This document shows positions 9,828 through 19,862 of a stretch of 40,940 nt of DNA, one piece after another. The DNA comes from a virus, in IMG/VR virus record IMGVR_UViG_3300021254_000005; one strand, given 5' to 3'. A program made the translations under genes and the position numbers. Under the pieces are notes generated by a model, which was not told where the DNA came from, searched no databases, and saw nothing but the letters and a program-made list of their open reading frames with translations. Position 1 is the first letter of the stretch, and the number at the start of each line of letters is the position of its first letter.

Positions 9828-10222
9828 TTCTTTTCATTTTGTTTTGCCATGGATAAAAACATATTTTTTATGCTTTCCATAGCCTTATCGTAATTCTCAC
9901 GACTTATTTCTTTTGCATTTTTAGTTTTTCTATTTAACCATTCCGACCTTATTTTCTTTTCATTTAGAGAGAAATCTTTAATAACTTTAGGATCCTTTTC
10001 ACTTCTAATTCTTACAATATTTCCAAGTGCAGTATCGCCATTTAGTCCACTTAACAGACTTGAAAATTCTCCCCATTTCATAGTATCTATTTCATTTCTA
10101 ATTCTAATGCCATATTGTTGAGCAAATGAACTCTCAATTAGGTCAAAATCATTAATTAAATCGTAAAATGCTTCATCACTGTTTTGGAAATCGTTTCTCC
10201 ATTTCCTCGTAAGATATTTCAT
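9824..10222 (-). CDS. tail assembly chaperone, downstream (T-like) frame
   Basis: Overlaps the upstream chaperone ORF by 47 nt in the +1 frame. Lies between the major tail and tape measure genes. Confidence 0.6.
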   Translation of the reverse strand: MKYLTRKWRNDFQNSDEAFYDLINDFDLIESSFAQQYGIRIRNEIDTMKWGEFSSLLSGLNGDTALGNIVRIRSEKDPKVIKDFSLNEKKIRSEWLNRKTKNAKEISRENYDKAMESIKNMFLSMAKQNEKK

Positions 10223-10490
10223 TTATAGCTGCCATTAAACCAATGATTACACATTCAGTTCCTTGTACAGACAATTTCATGTCTTTTATTTCTTTTAAAG
10301 CATCCTTTCCCATTAGCATTTCAATTACTTCATACATAATTTCAATACTAAATTCTTTATCCTTTAATTTATCTTGCACTATTACAAAAGTTTCAGCACT
10401 ATTGTCTACCTCATACTCTTTGCCCTCTGCTAACTTTATTTTAATAGGCTCCTTTTTTAATTTTGCACTAATATCAATACTATTTGACAT
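10176..10490 (-). CDS. tail assembly chaperone (G-like)
   Basis: 104-aa acidic ORF between the major tail and tape measure genes. Confidence 0.65.
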   Translation of the reverse strand: MSNSIDISAKLKKEPIKIKLAEGKEYEVDNSAETFVIVQDKLKDKEFSIEIMYEVIEMLMGKDALKEIKDMKLSVQGTECVIIGLMAAINEISYEEMEKRFPKQ

Positions 10491-10518
10491 TTTAATTCCT
10501 CCTAAATTTCAATTTTTA

Positions 10519-10556
10519 ATAAAAAAAATAAGCCCCAGTACCGAAATACTGAGGCT
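10519..10556 (-). terminator. rho-independent terminator after the major tail gene
   Basis: Hairpin at 10531-10556 (agcc-cagta / tactg-ggct, one mismatch, loop ccgaaa) followed on the minus strand by a T-run (plus-strand A-run 10521-10529). Confidence 0.65.
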
Positions 10557-10560
10557 CGTT

Positions 10561-11010
10561 TTAAGCTGCTGGTGTAACTGTTGGTTTGCCGTTTGACAAA
10601 ACCTCAAATTCTAAAGGTGCAACATTAGTACTATCCCCTGTTCCAGCATTAGTTACTGATAGAATACAATCAAATGCTACAGTTGTTCCATCCTTAAATG
10701 TCCATTCAAATTTTGTTTCTGCATTTGCTCCATTTGCAAATAATTTTGATGCAACATAATCGTTTCCACTATCTCCAATATTTCTTTTTCCAGAAATAGA
10801 AAGTGAAAATCCTTTTCCTGTTAACATTCTTCTTATCCAACCTTCTTGGTCCATTGGATTCCATTCTTCAACATTGTTATCCATTGATATAGAGAATGTT
10901 TCGCAATCTGCAATTGTTTTCATATCATTTGCAGTTGATTCTTTTCCAGCAGTTCCTATTTTAAATACATTATCATATACTGGATATACTCCACTTACTG
11001 AATTTGACAT
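10561..11010 (-). CDS. major tail protein
   Basis: ORF just upstream of the chaperone pair. GAGGAGG RBS before the ATG at 11010. A terminator follows. Confidence 0.7.
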   Translation of the reverse strand: MSNSVSGVYPVYDNVFKIGTAGKESTANDMKTIADCETFSISMDNNVEEWNPMDQEGWIRRMLTGKGFSLSISGKRNIGDSGNDYVASKLFANGANAETKFEWTFKDGTTVAFDCILSVTNAGTGDSTNVAPLEFEVLSNGKPTVTPAA

Positions 11011-11014
11011 GTTC

Positions 11015-11500
11015 CTAAACCTCCTCATAATAAAATCTTGCTTGTATCACTCTTTCATAAACATTGGCATTATCTGTTCCAACATCTATTGGCTCTGGTA
11101 CAAGCAAGTCAATATAATTTACTAAAATATTTTCGGTAATTTGAAAATTCCTAGCATTCATGAATTTATAATATAATTCGAGAGCTTTTGTTTCTGTTTC
11201 ATTTGCATTATTGTTCCAATGAATTAAAATACTTACATCTTTCTCTTTTATTTTTGTGTTATTCAATCCACCTACTGCCACATTTGGATTAATAGGATGC
11301 AATTGATAAACACCAATAGCTTTTGTTTTCTTTGTATCTAATTTACCTATATAAAAATGGTCTGCAACAATATAGCCATCTTTAAATAATTGTTTTACAC
11401 TTACATTATTAACATCCTTAACTGCCATTTTATTGAGTTGAGCAATTGTTATAGTATCTAATTTTACTAACCAGTTTTTAATATCAACTAACTTTAACAT
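11015..11500 (-). CDS. head-tail joining / tail completion protein (Minor_capsid_3-like, tentative)
   Basis: Position in the connector gene string; tightly coupled start and stop codons. Confidence 0.5.
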   Translation of the reverse strand: MLKLVDIKNWLVKLDTITIAQLNKMAVKDVNNVSVKQLFKDGYIVADHFYIGKLDTKKTKAIGVYQLHPINPNVAVGGLNNTKIKEKDVSILIHWNNNANETETKALELYYKFMNARNFQITENILVNYIDLLVPEPIDVGTDNANVYERVIQARFYYEEV

Positions 11501-11883
11501 TATAAACCAGCCTCCTTTTTATAGAATTTTGCAAATGCCTTACCAACAAAATTTTTATTCTTTCCACTAATCCAAGGCTCTAGCCATTGTCCTTGAGCAT
11601 GAGCATTTTCTTTAGTTTGGAAATTATATTCTGGATGATAATACATTCTTCTAGCATAAGGTGTAGAAGTAATTAAACTAACACTACCTTGTCTGCTTTT
11701 TGAAACATCTGTAAATGTAGAATTATTTTGCATGTTACCAGTATCGAAAGGCATTACTTGAGCCATTATAATTTCAGTTTTTAATGCCTCAATTGTTTCT
11801 TCCAATGCCGTAGTTGTTGCTTTATCTAATCTACTTATTCTTGGAATATTAAGCTTAATGGTTGATTTTACGAAGTTCGACAT
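11500..11883 (-). CDS. head-tail joining protein (Minor_capsid_2-like, tentative)
   Basis: Position; translationally coupled to its neighbours. Confidence 0.5.
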   Translation of the reverse strand: MSNFVKSTIKLNIPRISRLDKATTTALEETIEALKTEIIMAQVMPFDTGNMQNNSTFTDVSKSRQGSVSLITSTPYARRMYYHPEYNFQTKENAHAQGQWLEPWISGKNKNFVGKAFAKFYKKEAGL

Positions 11884-12221
11884 TATACAATATCCAATTC
11901 AACATAATTTACTGAACCATCTGGATTTCTTGCTTTTATTCCTTGTGCGATATCTCGCTCTTTACCAAAGATTATAACTTTTCCACTATGTAGGTCAGTA
12001 ATGTTAGGGGCAATATCTTCATGAAACAGACAGGTACCAGTAACTTGAACTGATACCTTTTCATCTGTTAGAACTCTTTTTGCTTTGTTTTGATAATTAC
12101 ATTTAAAATCATCTTCCAAAACAATTATAGGAGCTCCTTCTTCAGATATTTCATCACTATATAAAACTACATGAATGTCAGTTTTACAATCTTGTTTTCT
12201 TACTAGAGAAGGATATTTCAT
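11883..12221 (-). CDS. head closure / connector protein (tentative)
   Basis: ATGA start/stop overlap with the upstream gene at 12218-12221. Confidence 0.5.
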   Translation of the reverse strand: MKYPSLVRKQDCKTDIHVVLYSDEISEEGAPIIVLEDDFKCNYQNKAKRVLTDEKVSVQVTGTCLFHEDIAPNITDLHSGKVIIFGKERDIAQGIKARNPDGSVNYVELDIV

Positions 12222-12613
12222 TGATAATACCTCACATTCTTGCAAGTTAGTCCAGTCTGTCCCAGTAATTTATATAATCTAAAAGGTATTGCAATTCCCT
12301 CGATTACTTTAACATTAAGGTTATTATTTCCAAAACTTTGAGATACACCATTTATTGAATAACTAGATAAAATAGACTCAATAACATCAGCATTTTCAAA
12401 TTTGAAATCAGCAAACTGACAACATACCCTTTGAATAATATCTTTTTGGAAGTTAGTAAGATTATTAAAACCTTTTTTCACTATCCTATTAAAAGTCAAA
12501 GTATTTATATCATCTGTTGCTTCTTGTAAATATTTATTTAATTCATCATCACTAGAAAGACTACTACCTTTAAAAGTGTTTTGGTAGTAGTCCTTATCTG
12601 CATATAAACTCAT
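12218..12613 (-). CDS. head-tail connector protein (gp15/YqbG-like, tentative)
   Basis: 131-aa ORF immediately after the capsid gene. Confidence 0.55.
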   Translation of the reverse strand: MSLYADKDYYQNTFKGSSLSSDDELNKYLQEATDDINTLTFNRIVKKGFNNLTNFQKDIIQRVCCQFADFKFENADVIESILSSYSINGVSQSFGNNNLNVKVIEGIAIPFRLYKLLGQTGLTCKNVRYYQ

Positions 12614-12630
12614 AATTTATCAACCTTTCC

Positions 12631-13671
12631 TTAAGCTGATTGTTCAATATAGAATTGAATACCAGCATGTTTCTTATTGAAAATAAATACATCTTCAAAA
12701 GACTCTTCGAAATATGTCCATTTACCTTGTGATAATGAACTTGGTGCACCTAATTGTGCAAAGTCATAAGAAATTACTGGAATAACTGCTGATGGATGAA
12801 TTAACATCATTTTTACTGCTTTTGCAGCTTCAACAGTTTTTTCATAATAGTTTGAAGTAGATGGATTTCCAGTTGGTTCAGCAACTGCTGTGTATACATC
12901 TCCTGCTTTTGTATAATAAGTTTTACCAGTAACAACACTTGTATCTGTACTTTTCTTATACTCATCGCCTTGAACTTCAAATCCATCATCTGTGAATTTG
13001 TAAGCTGATTTCATTGCAGTAGTTGGAACACCAATTACTTCAACTTCTCCAATTCTATCTAGTGATCTAGCAACTGCTTTGTCTTGAGCTCCTAACATTC
13101 TTCCAGCTTCTTTTGCAGTATCTATCATTGTTTTAACATAAGTATCACAATATAATAGTCTACCAGCTGCTGGAACTCTAGCTTCATCCATAACATCCAT
13201 CATTGCATCGAATTTAGCTAATACATTTGAAACAGTTAATACATCGCTTGGTGTAATAGCTGCTTGTTCATTCTTTAATTTATATAAAGAAGTTATCATT
13301 TCAGCATCCATTTCTGGGAATTTTTGTTCCTCATTGAATACTTTTGTGATATTTTGAATTGAAGCAACATGATTTGTTTCCTCAATATCTCTTGGATGGA
13401 TTAATGTATTCCATGTTCTATGATTTGCAAGGACTTTTGTTTCCTCTGCATTATTGAAGTTTCTAGCGAAAGAGCCTATTGTATCTCTATCTCCATTACT
13501 TCTTCCTTTTACAGTTAAACTTGGTAATATAACTGTATTACTATTTAAGAATTTTACTTCTCCTTTTACTGCATTCCATAGTGCACCGAAATATAGCACA
13601 TAAGGATATGCTTGAGCTAAAGCTTGTGAATATTCTTTAGCATAATTTAAATCTGCTTTTACAAAACTCAT
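12631..13671 (-). CDS. major capsid protein
   Basis: 346-aa ORF following the scaffold gene; size and position are typical. Confidence 0.8.
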   Translation of the reverse strand: MSFVKADLNYAKEYSQALAQAYPYVLYFGALWNAVKGEVKFLNSNTVILPSLTVKGRSNGDRDTIGSFARNFNNAEETKVLANHRTWNTLIHPRDIEETNHVASIQNITKVFNEEQKFPEMDAEMITSLYKLKNEQAAITPSDVLTVSNVLAKFDAMMDVMDEARVPAAGRLLYCDTYVKTMIDTAKEAGRMLGAQDKAVARSLDRIGEVEVIGVPTTAMKSAYKFTDDGFEVQGDEYKKSTDTSVVTGKTYYTKAGDVYTAVAEPTGNPSTSNYYEKTVEAAKAVKMMLIHPSAVIPVISYDFAQLGAPSSLSQGKWTYFEESFEDVFIFNKKHAGIQFYIEQSA

Positions 13672-13689
13672 TTTAATTTACCTCTTTTC

Positions 13690-14334
13690 TTAATTATTTT
13701 TTTTAGGTCTTACACCAGTAAATCCAAAGTCAAATAACGGAGAATTTGAACCTTGATTATTATTAGTGTTAGCACCAACTGTGATGCCTACAGAATTTTG
13801 AACTTGTTTCTTTAATCCTGGTACATCATCAATGACCTTTTGTAGTGCTTGTTTTAAAGAGTCATCATTTACTTTTCCATCTTTATCAACACAATTAGAA
13901 AAATCAGCCATTTTCAATAAATATGGCATTGTTTTGTTATCTATATTTAACTCATCTACAAAGCTATAAGCTTTCAATGATATTTGTAACTTTTGATTTT
14001 TTAATTGTTCAGTTTTTAAAGAATTTTGAGTATCTGACAATTCTTTATTTTGTTGGTTTGCTTGGTTTTCTCTTTGAGCTTTGAAAGAACTAATTGCACT
14101 TTCCATTTCCTCTTGAGATAAACCTTGCTTTTGAAAATAGCTTTTTAAAATGCTATCTTCTGTTTTTGCATTTCTACCATCAATCATTTCTTGGATTTTT
14201 GCATAATCTATTACTCCAGTTGGTTGATTTTGATTTGCATTTTGATTTGTTTGTTGCCCTGTAGTGTTTTGGGCATTTGGATTTGAATTATTTACACCAT
14301 TGTTATTTGTGTTAGTTTCTCCATCCATTCTCAC
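13690..14334 (-). CDS. scaffolding protein
   Basis: 214 aa with a Q/N-rich N-terminus and a coiled-coil centre, directly upstream of the capsid gene. Confidence 0.7.
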   Translation of the reverse strand: MRMDGETNTNNNGVNNSNPNAQNTTGQQTNQNANQNQPTGVIDYAKIQEMIDGRNAKTEDSILKSYFQKQGLSQEEMESAISSFKAQRENQANQQNKELSDTQNSLKTEQLKNQKLQISLKAYSFVDELNIDNKTMPYLLKMADFSNCVDKDGKVNDDSLKQALQKVIDDVPGLKKQVQNSVGITVGANTNNNQGSNSPLFDFGFTGVRPKKNN

Positions 14335-14410
14335 TACCTCCTACTTTTTTAAGTCTTGAATTGACTATTAAATTTACACATGCTTTTACCCTCATCAGTG
14401 TTTGGAGCAT

Positions 14411-14434
14411 ATAAAAAAGAGCCTTTCAGCTCTT
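14411..14434 (-). terminator. rho-independent terminator
   Basis: AAGAGC-TGAAAG-GCTCTT followed by TTTT on the minus strand, just after the stop codon at 14437. Confidence 0.65.
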
Positions 14435-14436
14435 AA

Positions 14437-14856
14437 TTAATCAACATATAAACTTCTTTTTAATTCGGCATATCTATTTGTAGATACTTTGTATTGGCCA
14501 TCTTTTATTTTTACTGGAATATTATCTGTCATTGTTTCATCTTCAATAAAGATGTCTCCAACCTTATAAACCACTTTTTCATCGTATTTATCTCTAAATA
14601 CTTCTTTTACAGTAGGAACCTTTTCAGTTTCTTCTGTAACTTGCACCTCTGCATCTTCTTTTTCATTAGATGCATTTTCTTCAACTTTTGCATCTTCTGT
14701 TGTAGCTTCAACTGGTTCTCCAGTTAATTCTTCAGCAGTTTCTCCTGTGCTTGTGATTTCTTCAGCTTTTGGTTCTTCAACCTTTTCAGTTGTTTCTGTA
14801 ACAACTTCCTCCTTGATTTCTTCTTTTTCCTTGTTTTCGTTTTTTGTTCTTGCCAT
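14437..14856 (-). CDS. highly acidic hypothetical protein (head module)
   Basis: 139-aa Glu-rich ORF bracketed by terminators. Confidence 0.55.
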   Translation of the reverse strand: MARTKNENKEKEEIKEEVVTETTEKVEEPKAEEITSTGETAEELTGEPVEATTEDAKVEENASNEKEDAEVQVTEETEKVPTVKEVFRDKYDEKVVYKVGDIFIEDETMTDNIPVKIKDGQYKVSTNRYAELKRSLYVD

Positions 14857-14892
14857 TTTAAAATACCTCTACTTTCTTTAAAATTTTTTATA

Positions 14893-14915
14893 TTAAAAAA
14901 GAGCCTTTCGGCTCT
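14893..14915 (-). terminator. rho-independent terminator
   Basis: AGAGCC-GAAA-GGCTCT followed by TTTTTT on the minus strand. Confidence 0.7.
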
Positions 14916-14931
14916 AAAGTTAATAACATAT

Positions 14932-15078
14932 TTAATTATTTTTTTCTAATTCTTTCTGCAAATATTCTTCATATTCTTTCATTGTTTCTTCTCCATGAGC
15001 CCAACCTCTTGGAAAAGTTTTATATTTTTCCTCATATTTTTTGCATAATTCGTTGGCTTTTTCACTTAAATGTGCCAT
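14932..15078 (-). CDS. small hypothetical protein (48 aa, not in the ORF track)
   Basis: Hand translation gives MAHLSEKANELCKKYEEKYKTFPRGWAHGEETMKEYEEYLQKELEKNN. It overlaps the MuF stop and a terminator follows. Confidence 0.45.
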   Translation of the reverse strand: MAHLSEKANELCKKYEEKYKTFPRGWAHGEETMKEYEEYLQKELEKNN

Positions 15079-16856
15079 AGTTTCATGCACTCCTTTCTTA
15101 ATTCCTTCAATGGTGGTATTTCATTTAGTAATTCTTCTACTGCACTATTACCTACTATTTCAGAACTCAATAAATTAGCAGCTAATTCATTTATAACAGT
15201 TGTGTCATTTACCCAGTATTTTGGTTTATGACCAACTTTTACTGGTAATCTTCCATTACTCAATGCTGATAATATATCTCCGAAAGCCATATCTTCATAT
15301 TTTCTTGCATAATTATAAAAATAACTATAATTGTTGTTTATATATAATTTTGCTCTTTCGGTAATATCATCTAATGTTATGAAATTGCTATCAGTTATTT
15401 TTTCTCTAATGTCTTTCATGTGTATAATTTCATGAACTATACTCTCATCTATATTATAATAACTAATATCTTTATGGTTTGGATCTATGACTATTTTATC
15501 ATCATTTCTCCTATATGTAAATGGTCCTCTTTCCAATTTATCTTGAATAATGTCATCATCTGTTAAGTTTTTATTTATAAATTCCTCTGCTCTTTTATTT
15601 ATTGTTTGATTATTTGCTTTTATTGTTTTGTCTATTATTTGTGGAATATCCAACTCATTATTTTGTTTTATATCATTGAAAGATAAATTACTATTTGCTT
15701 TAAATTTTTGTTTGTATTCTTGCCATTGTATTCTTTTGTTATGATATTTTTCTATATTTTCTGGATCTAAACTTCCTAATTCTAATCGTTTGTATTTTTC
15801 AATGTTTCTGTCTATGTAATTAAGTTTTTGTTCCCTATTATATCTAATTCTTTTAGCCTCGACTTGCTCTGGTGTAGGTGGAATTGTTTCTGAATTTACC
15901 TCTGGAAAATATGTAACTGTTGTGTCTTTGCAATTAGGATGAAACAATCTTTCTTTCATTGCTTTGCTTAATAATGGATAACCTGTTGAATTACTTTCTT
16001 CAGCAGTTCCACTTGACCAAACATCATCAATAAAGACTTTTCCTTGAAATTTAACACAATAAGGACAACCACCACCACGATTTGGAACTAATATTGTGTG
16101 AACTCCCCAAGCATCTCTCTTTTCTCCCTCTCCTTGCATGTGTGCTCTTGAATTTGCAGTTCTTATTGCCATTTCAACATAAGATTTTATATTTACTCTA
16201 GCACCATTTGCATATTCAATATTATTTATTCCACCTTGTAAGAAATCATGTGTTGCCATGTCTATTGCTTGTTGTGGAGTTCCGCTTCCAGTATTAGCAT
16301 AAACTTGTGCATCAAATATTATGCTGCGGTATTTATCACTAGCATATCTTAATATTGATGTTTCAGCCTTTTTCAAATTTTCTGTGGTTTCATCTATCAA
16401 AGCATTTAGTTTCTTTTCATCAACCTTAAAGAAAGCTGATTCAGATTGATTTACTTTACTATAAATTCTACTAATTTGTTTTTTCTTAATTCTTGAATTT
16501 TTGCTTTTTTGATAGATGTGCCATAATTTATTTATCTGTTTATCATTAGATTGGAAATTTCCTTTATCAATTGCCTCTAAAATCAATTTTTCTTGTTCTA
16601 GTTTTCCATCATCTCGGCTTTTTCTTAATAGGTCCTTTATATCTGTATTTATATTATAAAAGGTTTTATTTAACCTTTTTTTGTTCCTAATCTTATATAC
16701 CTCTAATGATTTCAATTGTTCTGCTTGCCAAGCACTCCAATTCATTCCCTCTTTTGTTTCTTCTCGAAGATGTCTGCCTAGATTACTTGACATTGATTTT
16801 ATCAAGGTTTCTTCAATTCTTTGAAATGCTTGTGAAATATCATACTCATTATTCAT
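15066..16856 (-). CDS. MuF-like minor head protein (SPP1 gp7 family) with an extra C-terminal HExxH domain
   Basis: Follows the portal gene. CPYCVKFQGKVF-type MuF motif. The C-terminal ~200 aa contain VHEIIH (15420-15434). Confidence 0.75.
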   Translation of the reverse strand: MNNEYDISQAFQRIEETLIKSMSSNLGRHLREETKEGMNWSAWQAEQLKSLEVYKIRNKKRLNKTFYNINTDIKDLLRKSRDDGKLEQEKLILEAIDKGNFQSNDKQINKLWHIYQKSKNSRIKKKQISRIYSKVNQSESAFFKVDEKKLNALIDETTENLKKAETSILRYASDKYRSIIFDAQVYANTGSGTPQQAIDMATHDFLQGGINNIEYANGARVNIKSYVEMAIRTANSRAHMQGEGEKRDAWGVHTILVPNRGGGCPYCVKFQGKVFIDDVWSSGTAEESNSTGYPLLSKAMKERLFHPNCKDTTVTYFPEVNSETIPPTPEQVEAKRIRYNREQKLNYIDRNIEKYKRLELGSLDPENIEKYHNKRIQWQEYKQKFKANSNLSFNDIKQNNELDIPQIIDKTIKANNQTINKRAEEFINKNLTDDDIIQDKLERGPFTYRRNDDKIVIDPNHKDISYYNIDESIVHEIIHMKDIREKITDSNFITLDDITERAKLYINNNYSYFYNYARKYEDMAFGDILSALSNGRLPVKVGHKPKYWVNDTTVINELAANLLSSEIVGNSAVEELLNEIPPLKELRKECMKLWHI

Positions 16857-18396
16857 TTAATCCTTTCTCCTGTTTGTCTATTTCTTTATTTTCAGCATTT
16901 TCTGTATTTTGTGGAGTTTCTTCAATATCTATTTCATTTATGTCTAATTCTCCATTTACTGCTGGAATATCTTCTTCGACAACACCTTGTTCTGCTTTTA
17001 ATCTTGCAACTTCTTGTTGTTTCCATTCTTGTGTTTTAGAGTCTCCATATAATTCATCAACACTAGCCTCAATTGACATTATTCCTCCAGTTTTACCTTT
17101 GCTAATTGTTTCTATTTGTGCTTCAAATGATGGATTTGCATATTCTCCAAATTTAACTGAAATGTCTTTATCTTCTGGAAGTGTATGTTCTCCTTGCATT
17201 TGAGAATTAGCTTTTAAAACTGTATTTATTACTGCTGGAATAAATTCTGATAATGTATCAATTATAATTCCACGAGTATAAAGAGTTGTCTTTTCTTTTT
17301 CTCTTTGTGCCTCTGCATTATCTAATTTTTTATTATCAATTCCCAATGTTGATGGGCTTATAATTCCTTGCAAACATAAATCTAAAAATGTTATGTATGA
17401 TTGTAAATATTCTTCTGTTGGTATTTCTGGTTGTTCTACATCAATTTTATTTTGAGTATTTTCATTCATACTTGTTTGTGTTTTTATAAATTTATTATCA
17501 AATGGATTAGGCATTATTATTTCCCCAGTTTCAGCATCTTTTGGAAGTAAATCTTCTGGAATATATTTAACTGCTCTACCACTTCTAACTGCTTCTAACC
17601 ATTGAGAAGTAATTTCATCTATGCTATCGAAAGAGTCGTATTTTCCATCAAATATTGACTCTCCTCTTCCAACAAATTTAGAACTTTCATTGAACATTAT
17701 AGGAACAGCCCACATTATTTCTTTATCAAATGAAATATCTTTTAGGCTTCCTAATTCTTCAACTGTATTTAGGTTAACTTCTCTTTTATTATCATATAAC
17801 TTATATGTTATATAACCATATCCATAATCTTCTTCCAATAAATATACTTTATTGTTTTGCTCATGATATGATTTAAAGATAATATCTGTTAATCTACCTC
17901 TTTTATATTTAAACTCTACTTTTGAGCCATCAACCCATTCTAAAATTGCCTTATCTGAAATATTAGGATCATAATTTATTTTTAATGCTCCATCTCCATA
18001 GACTAGAGTATCAACAACTATTTTCTTTAACATTTTAGTATCGAATTTATTTTCTTTGTTTACCTCATTCCAATAGTCATCAGAGGCATCATCTCCAGAA
18101 TAATCAGTAACAACTGTATTAACCAATGTTTTTATTATTAACTTTGGAAGTCCAGTATGTGATTTTTTTATTCTAATATCAGCAGTTTGTACTGCTCCCC
18201 AGAATGTATCTGCTGCATAAGGTAACTGTCCGTAAAATTCGGATAGTTCATGACTATCGCCTCTATACCATATTTGATTTCTAATACAACTAGATTGATG
18301 ATCCATACTTTCATTAATTACAAATCCTTGACCTTGTGCTGGTCTAATATCTAACCATGATTTAACCATTTCTCTCAACTTATCTCCTAACCACAT
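16849..18396 (-). CDS. portal protein
   Basis: 515-aa ORF directly after TerL with an acidic C-terminus. Confidence 0.8.
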   Translation of the reverse strand: MWLGDKLREMVKSWLDIRPAQGQGFVINESMDHQSSCIRNQIWYRGDSHELSEFYGQLPYAADTFWGAVQTADIRIKKSHTGLPKLIIKTLVNTVVTDYSGDDASDDYWNEVNKENKFDTKMLKKIVVDTLVYGDGALKINYDPNISDKAILEWVDGSKVEFKYKRGRLTDIIFKSYHEQNNKVYLLEEDYGYGYITYKLYDNKREVNLNTVEELGSLKDISFDKEIMWAVPIMFNESSKFVGRGESIFDGKYDSFDSIDEITSQWLEAVRSGRAVKYIPEDLLPKDAETGEIIMPNPFDNKFIKTQTSMNENTQNKIDVEQPEIPTEEYLQSYITFLDLCLQGIISPSTLGIDNKKLDNAEAQREKEKTTLYTRGIIIDTLSEFIPAVINTVLKANSQMQGEHTLPEDKDISVKFGEYANPSFEAQIETISKGKTGGIMSIEASVDELYGDSKTQEWKQQEVARLKAEQGVVEEDIPAVNGELDINEIDIEETPQNTENAENKEIDKQEKGLNE

Positions 18397-19862
18397 TATT
18401 TATTATCTCCTATCCCAATTATCTTTGCATAAGGTATAAATGAATATTGAACAGAGTTTACCATGTGGTCGTTGCCATCTTCTGGAACACTGTCTTTATC
18501 CTCTTGCCATGAGTAAACTTCCAATTCATTTATATAATTTACACATGTGTCAACAACATAAAAATAATCGGTTGCAAACCATCCCAATTGTGTGTTTATT
18601 CTATCGATTATTTGCATTTTTGCTTTCCAAGCATTATTAAATACATAAATACTTCCAAATTGCCTTTTATATTTTTCAAATTCTTTAATTGTTGCTTGGT
18701 CTGCATTATCTATAAATACATCTTTTGCAAATCCCCATTCTTTACGATTTCTTTCTAGGAAATCAATAAAATTTCTAACTGTATCACTTGGTGCTAATGG
18801 TGTTTGCAATTCTGCATTGTTATAGACTTTTTCATCTAATAAAATGTATTTACCTTTATTAGTAATACCTGCAAATGACATTGCAATTGTGTCCGGACTT
18901 AAACTTGAATATGCAGTATCAAGTCCAGCAGTAAATTTTATAAAGTATTCCGACTCCTCTGTTTTTACCCTCATTTTAGGTAATAACTGAATTGTCTCTT
19001 CTTTATCTTCAGCCTTAACAAATTGTTTTGCTTTTTCTTTTGTAATACAATGTTTTGTTCTATCAAAATTAACAAAAACAAGACCAGTAGTCTTGCCTCG
19101 TAATCCTAATATTTTATTTTTATACAATTTTGTCCCAACTGGAACAGACTCTGTAATCTTTTTCAGTTTTTCTTCTGTTAAACTAGCATTATCTTTAAAA
19201 GTAAAATACCACCATGTCCAATCTTCTTTTTGAGGTTGATTTAATAAGTCTAATAATTGTTTTGGTGCACTATCTTTGTATTTTTCAATAGGTCTGCTTT
19301 TATTAACATATTGTTGGAAACATTCTTTGTTCGGATCATCTGGATTTAATGTGCATAATCTATAATCTGCTCTCATGAATGCTTCTCTAACATAGTCCAT
19401 ATCAGCAATATTAAACTCATCTATGAATAACCCAAAATATTGTCCTCCTAGTGCTTTCTTCCATCTTTTTTTATTGTCATAACCAAGAACATATATTATT
19501 TTTATTCCATTATGTGTATGAAACAATATATGTGGAAGTCTTATTTTACCTTTTCCAGTTGGATTATATTCTATCTTTCCAGAATTGTTTGGATTGTTCT
19601 TATCGTATTCTCCAAAAACATCAATTAATCCATGGTCTGAATTGATTATGTTTTTTTCAATTGTTCCTAAATCTAACCCAGAAATAATGCTTGGTTTTGT
19701 TCCCTTATAATCGGATATTCTAAACATAAATTTAGGAACTGCCACAGTGGTTTTACCAGCTGATGTAGTTCCCTCTAAAAACTCTGCACTTGCTACATAT
19801 CTCAAAAAGTCTAAATATTTTTGCGATAGTGGAAATGGACTATTCTGTGTTTCCGTCATCAT
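18396..19862 (-). CDS. terL: terminase large subunit
   Basis: Walker A-like GTTSAGKTTVA near the N-terminus; ~490 aa; follows TerS. The start could be any of the codons at 19868, 19862 or 19859. Confidence 0.88.
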   Translation of the reverse strand: MMTETQNSPFPLSQKYLDFLRYVASAEFLEGTTSAGKTTVAVPKFMFRISDYKGTKPSIISGLDLGTIEKNIINSDHGLIDVFGEYDKNNPNNSGKIEYNPTGKGKIRLPHILFHTHNGIKIIYVLGYDNKKRWKKALGGQYFGLFIDEFNIADMDYVREAFMRADYRLCTLNPDDPNKECFQQYVNKSRPIEKYKDSAPKQLLDLLNQPQKEDWTWWYFTFKDNASLTEEKLKKITESVPVGTKLYKNKILGLRGKTTGLVFVNFDRTKHCITKEKAKQFVKAEDKEETIQLLPKMRVKTEESEYFIKFTAGLDTAYSSLSPDTIAMSFAGITNKGKYILLDEKVYNNAELQTPLAPSDTVRNFIDFLERNRKEWGFAKDVFIDNADQATIKEFEKYKRQFGSIYVFNNAWKAKMQIIDRINTQLGWFATDYFYVVDTCVNYINELEVYSWQEDKDSVPEDGNDHMVNSVQYSFIPYAKIIGIGDNK

